Positions 20,798 through 28,368 of a stretch of DNA of 64,000 nucleotides are shown here, piece after piece. Origin of the DNA: an uncultured Planctomycetia bacterium (GTDB lineage: Bacteria > Omnitrophota > Gorgyraeia > 2-02-FULL-51-18); NCBI GenBank assembly GCA_964642015.1, contig CAZXLF010000001.1:116846-180845 (forward strand), in the 5' to 3' direction. The notes under the pieces are model-generated. The model ran no database searches. It saw only the letters and a program-made list of their open reading frames with translations, and had not been told where the DNA came from. A program made the translations under genes and the position numbers. Each line of letters begins with the position of its first letter. Within the stretch, counting starts at the first letter, position 1.

Positions 20798-21580
20798 ATG
20801 AAATTAGCGAGAATCTCTATTTTTTTGACGGCTGTTTTGGTCTTAATGTTTTCCGAAATTATATGTCATGCCAATGGGCAAGATTACTCGAACGGGGATG
20901 ATACAAATAGAAAAATTTTGAAGCAGGGCCTTTTAGGCGCAGGCACTGGTGCGATCGCCGCCGGCGCTTCAGGCGGGAACGCGGGCAAAGGTGCTTTGAT
21001 CGGTGCGGGCACCAATGTGATCGGCGGCGCGTTATTAGACACGCTGACGACACCGTCACAACCTCAGCCTCGCACGCAGTATGTTCAGCAAGCCCCTGTT
21101 CAGTATGTTCAACAGCCGGCTCCTCAGTATGTCCAGCAAGCTCCACAATATACGCAAAGCTCTTATCCGGTTCAGCCAACACCGACTTATCAGCCGGAAC
21201 CTCAGCCAGTCTATGTTCAGCAGGCACCCACTTATTACAATCCTCCGCCACCTCAGGATGATCCGACTAAGAAAATATTGAAGCAAGGTCTATTGGGCGC
21301 GGGCACAGGTGCCATTGCGGCAAGCGCATCAGGCGGGAACGCAGGCAAGGGTGCTTTGATCGGTGCCGGCACGAATGTGATCGGCGGTGCGCTTTTGGAT
21401 ACGCTGACCGGCAGCGGTTCATCTCAACCTCAGCAACCTCAAGTTGTTTATGTTCAGCAGCCTCCGCAACAACAATATCAATATCCCCAACAATCTTCTG
21501 CCAGCCAACCTCACAAGAAGATTGTCCGTAAATACGATTCCGATGGTAATGTAGTCTCTGAGGAAGAGGTTTGGGAATAA
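20798..21580 (+). CDS. Secreted protein with two glycine-zipper repeats and Q/P/Y-rich linkers
   Basis: Signal peptide; a 46-aa unit KILKQGLLGAGTGAIAA.ASGGNAGKGALIGAGTNVIGGALLDTLT occurs twice. Confidence 0.8.
   Translation: MKLARISIFLTAVLVLMFSEIICHANGQDYSNGDDTNRKILKQGLLGAGTGAIAAGASGGNAGKGALIGAGTNVIGGALLDTLTTPSQPQPRTQYVQQAPVQYVQQPAPQYVQQAPQYTQSSYPVQPTPTYQPEPQPVYVQQAPTYYNPPPPQDDPTKKILKQGLLGAGTGAIAASASGGNAGKGALIGAGTNVIGGALLDTLTGSGSSQPQQPQVVYVQQPPQQQYQYPQQSSASQPHKKIVRKYDSDGNVVSEEEVWE
20912..21409 (+). repeat. Intragenic 138-bp direct repeat (20912-21049 and 21272-21409)
   Basis: Two copies offset by 360 bp; 45 of 46 amino acids identical with many synonymous differences. Confidence 0.9.
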
Positions 21581-21846
21581 TCAGCGCAAAGAAAGAAATA
21601 GTTCAGGCGCGAATCGAAGCGACAGAGGTCATCCAAGCCTCCGAGAAAGCGCTCAAGAAGCATATTAATCTCATCAAGAAAAAAGACCATGTTGCGTCTG
21701 TCGTAGAGATGATCGAGCGGTTGCGCTCGGATATTTTGGGGGATGATCCTCGAATTATTTACGAGCATATCGCTAAACTCAATGAACTTACTCAAGGTTT
21801 TGCCGGCCACGTCCTGAAAGCTTCTGTCAGGAAGATCAAGAAATAA
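21571..21846 (+). CDS. Stand-alone Hsp70 (HscA-like) C-terminal helical lid fragment
   Basis: ARIEATEVIQASEKAL...IAKLNELTQGFAGHVLKASVRK resembles the HscA/DnaK lid; start codon uncertain. Confidence 0.5.
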   Translation: MGIISAKKEIVQARIEATEVIQASEKALKKHINLIKKKDHVASVVEMIERLRSDILGDDPRIIYEHIAKLNELTQGFAGHVLKASVRKIKK

Positions 21847-21854
21847 TCCACATT

Positions 21855-22817
21855 ATGTCTGGATCATTAACTGAGAAGGTCAAGGTCTTTGCATTACAAA
21901 ATGCTGGCTTTGATCTTGTTGGAATATCTTCTGTGAATTTGCCGAAGGTCCATGAAGATGCGCTTGTTCAGTGGATCGATCGCGGTTACGCGGGTTCTAT
22001 GGATTATATGGCGCGTAGTCAGAAAAAACGCGCGCGGCCCGAAGAAATCCTTGCCGGTGCGAAAAGCGTCATTTCTCTCGCTATAAATTATTATCATCCT
22101 GATGATGAAAAACCGGTAGGCTGCGCGACGGGCAAAGTCGCTAAATATGCCTACGGGACGGATTATCATAAAGTGATCGAGAAAAAACTGAAGCTTTTGT
22201 CTCAATTCATTCTCAAAGAAGCAGGCGACGGCGCTCAGGTGAAAAGTTATGTGGATACCGGGCCTATCCTGGAAAAAGCGTTCGCCCAGATGTCCGGCTT
22301 GGGTTTTTTTGGAAAGAACACGAACGTGATCACAAAAAACTACGGCTCATGGATTTTTCTGGCAAATCTTATTACTAATTTGGAGCTTGAATACGACGAA
22401 CCGCATATGGGGAGCTGCGGTTCTTGCCGGATCTGCATTGATGCCTGCCCGACAGATGCTTTGTTAGGAAATTATCAGATCGATGCCAGGCGTTGCATTT
22501 CGTATCTGACGATCGAAGCGAAAGAAAATCCGCCGGAAGATCTCAAAGCGCAGATCGGGGAATGGGTTTTTGGATGCGATATCTGTCAGGATGTATGTCC
22601 TTACAATCATAAACCGAAAATCACGAGGCACGAAGAGCTTTATCCAAAAAAGAAAGCGGGAACTTGGCTGGATCTTGAGGCTATCCAGAATATTAAAGAG
22701 GAAGATAGGTTTAAGGAAGTTTTCCAGGAAAGTCCTTTGAAAAGGCCTAAACTCTCAGGCTTATTAAGGAATAGTCGGATAATTTTAGAGAATTTAAGTG
22801 ACAGAAAAGTCAGATAA
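21855..22817 (+). CDS. queG: tRNA epoxyqueuosine(34) reductase
   Basis: YAYGTDYH, YVDTGPILEK, CGSCRICIDACPT, RCISYLTIE and FGCDICQDVCPYN. Confidence 0.95.
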   Translation: MSGSLTEKVKVFALQNAGFDLVGISSVNLPKVHEDALVQWIDRGYAGSMDYMARSQKKRARPEEILAGAKSVISLAINYYHPDDEKPVGCATGKVAKYAYGTDYHKVIEKKLKLLSQFILKEAGDGAQVKSYVDTGPILEKAFAQMSGLGFFGKNTNVITKNYGSWIFLANLITNLELEYDEPHMGSCGSCRICIDACPTDALLGNYQIDARRCISYLTIEAKENPPEDLKAQIGEWVFGCDICQDVCPYNHKPKITRHEELYPKKKAGTWLDLEAIQNIKEEDRFKEVFQESPLKRPKLSGLLRNSRIILENLSDRKVR

Positions 22818-22962
22818 TAAGATACATTGTCCGGAATGCCACAAAGTTATTCGGTATGAGGAGTCTTTGAAATCGGGAGACCGTTTTGACTGCCCTTGTG
22901 GTAAAATAGTCATCCAACTTTACGCTATGACGACTCTAAAGGGCAAGATAGTCGAAGATTAG
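22798..22962 (+). CDS. 54-aa zinc-ribbon protein (LysW-like fold), not in ORF track
   Basis: GTG start; MTEKSDNKIHCPECHKVIRYEESLKSGDRFDCPCGKIVIQLYAMTTLKGKIVED*; fills the queG-moeB gap. Confidence 0.65.
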   Translation: MTEKSDNKIHCPECHKVIRYEESLKSGDRFDCPCGKIVIQLYAMTTLKGKIVED

Positions 22963-22974
22963 GAAGGGAACAAA

Positions 22975-24126
22975 ATGGCTTTAACGCAAGACGAGATTTT
23001 AAGATATAGCAGGCATCTGATCATGCCCGAAGTAGGTGTGGAAGGGCAGGAGAAGTTGAAAGCTGCGAAGGTGCTAATGATCGGCACGGGCGGGCTCGGC
23101 TCTCCGGCCGCTCTATATTTGGCTGCTGCGGGTGTAGGTACGCTCGGATTGATCGATTTTGACAAAGTGGATTTTTCCAATCTACAGCGTCAGATCATTC
23201 ATAGTACAAGCAGTGTCAACCAACCGAAGGTGGAATCCGCCAAAAACCGCCTCAAAGAGATCAATCCCAATGTGAAAGTCGTAACTTACGACGAGATGCT
23301 TACCAAAGACAATATTATGCGAATCTTGAAAGATTATGAGATGGTATTGGACGGCACTGATAATTTTCAGACACGCTATCTTGTCAATGACGCGTGTGTG
23401 TTCACAAAAAAACCGTTTGTTTACGGAAGCATTTTCAGGTTCGACGGACAGGCGACGGTGTTTTATCCGGGCAAAGGACCTTGCTACCGCTGCCTTTTTG
23501 CGGAGCCGCCGCCGCCTGGCATGGTTCCAAGTTGCGCCGAAGGCGGAGTGCTGGGCATTCTTCCAGGCGTGATTGGCGTGATCCAAGCGACCGAAGTCGT
23601 GAAGCTTATTCTCGGCAAAGGCGAGCCTCTGATCGGCCGGCTTATGCTTTATGATGCGTTGAAGATGAGTTTTCGCGAGGTTAAATTCAGGAAAAATCCG
23701 AAATGCCCTGTCTGCGGAGAAAATCCGACCATTAAAGAGCTCGTCGATTATGAAGCATTTTGTGGTTTGACTCGCGGCGACGAGCAGAAAGATTATGCAG
23801 CCTATGGCGTTCCTGAAATTTTGGTTGAGGAGCTAAAAAAGAAGATAGACAAACATGAAAAGTTCGTGCTGATAGACGTCAGAGAGCCGTCTGAATTTAA
23901 GATCAATCAACTCCCAGGCGCAAAGCTTATTCCTTTAGGCAACATCCCTGAAAGGGTGCATGAACTCGACAGTGCTGATGAGATTGTCGTGTATTGCCAT
24001 TTTGGCGGACGAAGCGCCAAGGCCGCAGACTTTTTGCGGAAGGCCGGATTTAAAAAAGTGAAGAATCTCGTCGGCGGTATTGATACCTGGTCACAGGAAA
24101 TAGACCCTTCTTGTCCAAGATATTGA
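22975..24126 (+). CDS. moeB: MoeB/MoeZ sulfur-carrier adenylyltransferase with rhodanese domain
   Basis: RYSRHLIM, GTGGLGS, SNLQRQ, DGTDNFQTRY, PCYRC, SCAEGGVLG and rhodanese YCHFGGRS. Confidence 0.93.
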   Translation: MALTQDEILRYSRHLIMPEVGVEGQEKLKAAKVLMIGTGGLGSPAALYLAAAGVGTLGLIDFDKVDFSNLQRQIIHSTSSVNQPKVESAKNRLKEINPNVKVVTYDEMLTKDNIMRILKDYEMVLDGTDNFQTRYLVNDACVFTKKPFVYGSIFRFDGQATVFYPGKGPCYRCLFAEPPPPGMVPSCAEGGVLGILPGVIGVIQATEVVKLILGKGEPLIGRLMLYDALKMSFREVKFRKNPKCPVCGENPTIKELVDYEAFCGLTRGDEQKDYAAYGVPEILVEELKKKIDKHEKFVLIDVREPSEFKINQLPGAKLIPLGNIPERVHELDSADEIVVYCHFGGRSAKAADFLRKAGFKKVKNLVGGIDTWSQEIDPSCPRY

Positions 24127-24134
24127 AAGATAGA

Positions 24135-24218
24135 TTCGGGTATGCGGTTATCGGTTTGCGGTTCTCGTACGCCGAATATTGTGTACCGCAGACCGCAAAC
24201 CGCATTGCGCACACCGTT
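24135..24218. repeat. Inverted arrays of degenerate heptamer repeats
   Basis: Left arm TTCGGGT ATGCGGT TATCGGT TTGCGGT TCTCGTA; right arm TACCGCA GACCGCA AACCGCA TTGCGCA CACCGTT. Confidence 0.75.
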
Positions 24219-24220
24219 TT

Positions 24221-25273
24221 ATGTTAACCAACACCGAAGAAATTCAGCAGTGCTTTCAAAAGATCGAAGAAGCGCTTAAGAATACCAAGCGCATTGTAGT
24301 TTTGACGCACGATAACCCTGATCCGGATTCGGTGTCAAGCGCGGTGGCGCTTGCCTACATCATCAAGAATAAATATAAAATCCCGGCAGTTGTGCGTTAC
24401 GGCGGTATTGTCGGGCGCGCGGAAAATCGCGCAATGATCCGCGTGCTTGACCTCCGGGTAACTCCGCTTGAGGATTCTGATTTCAGGCCGGGCACCGACT
24501 TTGCGCTTGTCGACATGCAGCCCGGCACCGGCAACAGCTCATTCCCGCGAAATCGCAAGCCCGCAATTGTGATCGATCATCATGTGCTCCGGAAGACCAC
24601 AAAAGCGGATTTTATCGACATACGCACCGATTATGGCGCCACAGCGACGATCCTTACAGAATATTTATTGGAGAGCGGACTTGAAATATTGTCCACGCTC
24701 GCGACAGCTCTTTCTTACGGCATCAGCTCCGAGACTCAGGATCTAGGCCGCGAGGCTAGGGAAAAAGATATTCAAGCGTACCTTGCGCTTTTCCCCAAGA
24801 GCAATAAGAAATTGCTGGCCAGTATAGAACATCCGAAGCTTCCACGGGATTATTTCACGACGTTGAATCGTGCGCTTCATCACAGTTTCATTTACAAGAA
24901 CGCTGTGACTACTTCGCTGGGCGAGGTGAAGAACCCGGATTTTGTGGCGTTCATCGCGGATTTCATGCTGAAGATCGAACGTATCAGCTGGTCGATGTGC
25001 ATTGGGCGCTACAAGGACAAGATCATTGTTTCTGTGCGCACGACAAATACTAAGGGCGATGCCGGGAATTTCTTGAGGCGATTAATCGGAAAAAAAGGCA
25101 CCGCCGGCGGCCACGGAATGATCGCCGGTGGTCAAATTATTTGTGAAACCATGGAACACGACCGCTGCACAAAGGTTGAAGAAGAACTTGTTCAGGACTT
25201 TTTGAAAAAATTGGGCTACAAAGACGCCGGTGAAATGACGCCGGTGCTTACCACCGAATTGATCCACACGTAA
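24221..25273 (+). CDS. DHH family phosphoesterase (NrnA-like)
   Basis: THDNPDPDS, VIDHH, GATATIL and DHHA1 AGGH. ATG 24221 is preferred because the upstream extension is repeat DNA. Confidence 0.9.
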   Translation: MLTNTEEIQQCFQKIEEALKNTKRIVVLTHDNPDPDSVSSAVALAYIIKNKYKIPAVVRYGGIVGRAENRAMIRVLDLRVTPLEDSDFRPGTDFALVDMQPGTGNSSFPRNRKPAIVIDHHVLRKTTKADFIDIRTDYGATATILTEYLLESGLEILSTLATALSYGISSETQDLGREAREKDIQAYLALFPKSNKKLLASIEHPKLPRDYFTTLNRALHHSFIYKNAVTTSLGEVKNPDFVAFIADFMLKIERISWSMCIGRYKDKIIVSVRTTNTKGDAGNFLRRLIGKKGTAGGHGMIAGGQIICETMEHDRCTKVEEELVQDFLKKLGYKDAGEMTPVLTTELIHT

Positions 25274-25401
25274 TTTCTCGCGAAGCTTTTCATTCTCCGT
25301 AATTTTTCAGAGATTTTGTTGTATCTTCTTTTTCTTTTGTATTATAATCACTCCGTCATCATAAATTTGTAAGATCCAACAAACATCCGGAGAAATATTT
25401 C

Positions 25402-25734
25402 ATGAGCGAAGTGATCGAAAGCGATAGTTTCGTACTTCCGCAGGACGTCAGGAACCATGTGGCCGGCCGTTTAAGACAAGAAGGCGTCATCCAGTCACTT
25501 GAACTGGAATTGAAGGGTGACGCGATGGACGGTGCGAAAAAATTTGGCGATAGCCTCGTGGCTTTGAGAAGAAGAGGTGTCAAAGTCTCTCATGAATTCC
25601 GCATCAGACTCGATTTTCCCAAGAAAATATCAAGAGAAGAGGTTTTGACGATCGTTGAAGGCATGCCTAGGCCTAAGAACGGCTCTTTAAAGGTGCGGGT
25701 TCATTATGCTCATGAAGATCGGAGCGGAACATGA
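25402..25734 (+). CDS. Hypothetical protein coupled to pepA
   Basis: 110 aa with GGAG SD and ATGA overlap with pepA. Confidence 0.6.
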   Translation: MSEVIESDSFVLPQDVRNHVAGRLRQEGVIQSLELELKGDAMDGAKKFGDSLVALRRRGVKVSHEFRIRLDFPKKISREEVLTIVEGMPRPKNGSLKVRVHYAHEDRSGT

Positions 25735-27236
25735 ATATCCGTCTACAATTTTCCGGCAAACCCATCAAGCCGGCGGATTTGCTGGTGATCGGTTGTTTTG
25801 ACGGCGATAAAAAGTATCTTGATAGATGTTCTAGCTTAGATCATTCGACCAAGGAAAAGATCCATAAAGCGCTGTCCTCAAAAAAGTTCTCCGGAAAATG
25901 CGGAGAAACTTTTTTTATCCCGACCCCTTTCTTGAAAACAGCGGGCTCTCTTTTGCTGATCGGTTTGGGACAGAGGGAAAAGTTCACATTGGAAAGAGTG
26001 AGGCGCTCGGTTTCCAAATCTCTCGCGCAGGCGAAGGCCTATCAAAACCGGAGTTTACGGTTCGATCTAGATACTTTCCATGAGAAATTTCCTGTTGCCG
26101 AAATTGCTGGCGCAGCTGTTGAGGGAGCACGCTTATCGGATTACCGTTTCGATAAATATAAATCCAAACCCGGATCATCGTCCAGAGTCGATGATCTTGA
26201 GCTTTTTTCGAGAGAAGAGAAGAACTCAGCGTCTATCCGAAAAGCCTTATCCGAAGCGGAGATCGTCAGTGATGGTGTGATTTTCGCGAGAAATTTGGCG
26301 AATGAGCCTGCCAACGTGATGACGCCTTCGAGACTGGCCGATAGCGCCAAAGAAATGGCGAGAAAAAATCACTTAATTTGCAAAGTGTTGGGCAAGAAAG
26401 AGATCTCACGGCTTAAGATGGGAGGCGTCTTGGGAGTTTCTCAAGGCAGTTCTCAGGAGCCCAGATTCATTATTTTGGAAAATAGGCCTAAATCTCCAAG
26501 ATTTTCTCAGCCGGTCGTTCTGGTCGGAAAAGGAATTACATTCGATACGGGTGGAATTTCGATAAAACCATCCGGAGACATGGATAAAATGAAATTTGAT
26601 ATGTGCGGGGCCGCTGCGGTGATCAGTACAATGAAAGTGATCGCGAATTTAAAACTGCCGGTCAAAGTCGTCGCGCTTGCGCCGGTTTGCGAAAATATGC
26701 CCGGTTCCAATGCGCAAAGACCCGGCGATATTATCAAGGCGATGAACGGGAAAACAATAGAAGTTTTAAACACGGACGCCGAAGGCCGATTGATTCTGGC
26801 CGACGCCTTGAGTTACGCTGCGAAGTATAAACCTAAGGCGGTCATTGATATCGCGACGCTGACCGGTGCTTGCGCGGTAACCTTCGCGGATCTGGCGATC
26901 GGGCTTATGAGCACGGATGAAAAGCTTACTCAAAAGATAAAAGAAGCAGGTGAGCAAACCGGTGAGCGTTGCTGGGAACTGCCTCTGTGGGATGATTATT
27001 TTGATCTGATCAAGGCGACTTACGCGGACATTCAAAATATCAGTAAAAAATACGCCGGTACGATCACAGCCGGAATGTTCTTGAAAGAATTTGCTGATCA
27101 CACTTCTTCTTGGGCTCATCTCGACATAGCGGGTACCGCTTGGAACGAGGGCGGTCCTAAACCGCTTTCCCCGATAGGCGCGACCGGTGTCGGTGTCCGG
27201 CTTTTCACCCAGCTTATCAAAAGTTATCTAACCTAA
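25731..27236 (+). CDS. pepA: Leucyl aminopeptidase (M17)
   Basis: VGKGITFDTGG, MKFDMCGAA, NTDAEGRL and WAHLDIAG. Confidence 0.96.
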   Translation: MNIRLQFSGKPIKPADLLVIGCFDGDKKYLDRCSSLDHSTKEKIHKALSSKKFSGKCGETFFIPTPFLKTAGSLLLIGLGQREKFTLERVRRSVSKSLAQAKAYQNRSLRFDLDTFHEKFPVAEIAGAAVEGARLSDYRFDKYKSKPGSSSRVDDLELFSREEKNSASIRKALSEAEIVSDGVIFARNLANEPANVMTPSRLADSAKEMARKNHLICKVLGKKEISRLKMGGVLGVSQGSSQEPRFIILENRPKSPRFSQPVVLVGKGITFDTGGISIKPSGDMDKMKFDMCGAAAVISTMKVIANLKLPVKVVALAPVCENMPGSNAQRPGDIIKAMNGKTIEVLNTDAEGRLILADALSYAAKYKPKAVIDIATLTGACAVTFADLAIGLMSTDEKLTQKIKEAGEQTGERCWELPLWDDYFDLIKATYADIQNISKKYAGTITAGMFLKEFADHTSSWAHLDIAGTAWNEGGPKPLSPIGATGVGVRLFTQLIKSYLT

Positions 27237-27244
27237 GCAAACCT

Positions 27245-28273
27245 ATGCAGGCGGTATTTTTCGAGCATCACGGTGGTCCCGAAGTTCTAAAATACGGAGA
27301 ATTTAAAGATCCCGTTGTTGGCGCGAATGACGTGCTTGTGGCCGTGAAAGCCTGCGCATTGAATCATCTGGATATTTGGATGAGACAGGGATTGCCCGGC
27401 ATTTCCATTCCCATGCCTCATATTTCAGGCGCTGATGTAGCTGGGCTCGTTTTAGATTCGGGAAAGAGCGTTAAACGTTTTAAAAAAGGCGACCGTGTTA
27501 TTTTAGCGCCGGGTCAATTGCCAAATCATCATCCCGAAGCGTTGGAATCCAGGGATAGTTATTCACCCGATTTTCAGATCCTTGGACTTCAAAGCCAGGG
27601 TGGCTATGCTGAAAAAGTCGCTGTGAATGAGCGGTTTGTGATCCCGGTTTCAGAACGCTACACGTTTGAGGAATGGGCATCGATTCCTTTGGTGTCGCTC
27701 ACGGCTTATCATATGCTCGTGACAAGAGCGCAGGTCCGGCCCGGGGAAACAGTGCTTGTTCACGCGGCCGGCTCAGGGGTGGGCAGTATGGTTATCCAAT
27801 TAGCCAAATTTTTAGGGACAACTGTTTTTACGACCGTCGGTGATTATAAAAAAGTAGCACGCGCTAAAAAACTAGGTGCCGATGAGGTTATCCAATATAA
27901 AACACGCGATTTTTCCGAGGAAGTTAAGAAGCTTACTAATGGACGCGGAGTGGATGTGATCGTCGAACATATTGGTCCTGACGTTTGGCAGAAAAATCTT
28001 TCATGCTTGGCGCGAGGCGGACGTTTGGTAACTTGCGGAGCAACATCGGGGCAGAAGGTAGAAATTGAACTGCGATTTTTGTTTTCTAAACAGCTCAGCA
28101 TTTTGGGTTCTTATATGGGTAGTCTCGCTGAGCTTCATAAGGTTGTTGAATTGGTTGAAACGGGCCGCCTCGTTCCTGTAGTTGACCAGGTTTTCCCGAT
28201 GAAGGAAGCCGCTGATGCCCAACGACGCATGGAAGCCAGGAAAAATTTTGGGAAGATAGTGCTGAAAGTCTGA
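27245..28273 (+). CDS. MDR-family (quinone) oxidoreductase
   Basis: GGPEVL, ALNHLD, HAAGSGVG and FGKIVL; no structural-zinc cysteines. Confidence 0.9.
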   Translation: MQAVFFEHHGGPEVLKYGEFKDPVVGANDVLVAVKACALNHLDIWMRQGLPGISIPMPHISGADVAGLVLDSGKSVKRFKKGDRVILAPGQLPNHHPEALESRDSYSPDFQILGLQSQGGYAEKVAVNERFVIPVSERYTFEEWASIPLVSLTAYHMLVTRAQVRPGETVLVHAAGSGVGSMVIQLAKFLGTTVFTTVGDYKKVARAKKLGADEVIQYKTRDFSEEVKKLTNGRGVDVIVEHIGPDVWQKNLSCLARGGRLVTCGATSGQKVEIELRFLFSKQLSILGSYMGSLAELHKVVELVETGRLVPVVDQVFPMKEAADAQRRMEARKNFGKIVLKV

Positions 28274-28368
28274 TAACCCGCCTCTTCTTTTTCTTTGAAA
28301 TCCTAAGCCAATTATTGATATACTAAACAGCCAATTTACTAAGCTAAATTTAGAGCAAAGGTATAGCC

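Noticed and set aside
20912-21409. Direct repeats as a CRISPR array or DGR template/variable pair
   Set aside because: There are only two in-frame coding copies, the differences are mostly synonymous and not adenine-specific, and no cas or reverse transcriptase gene is present.
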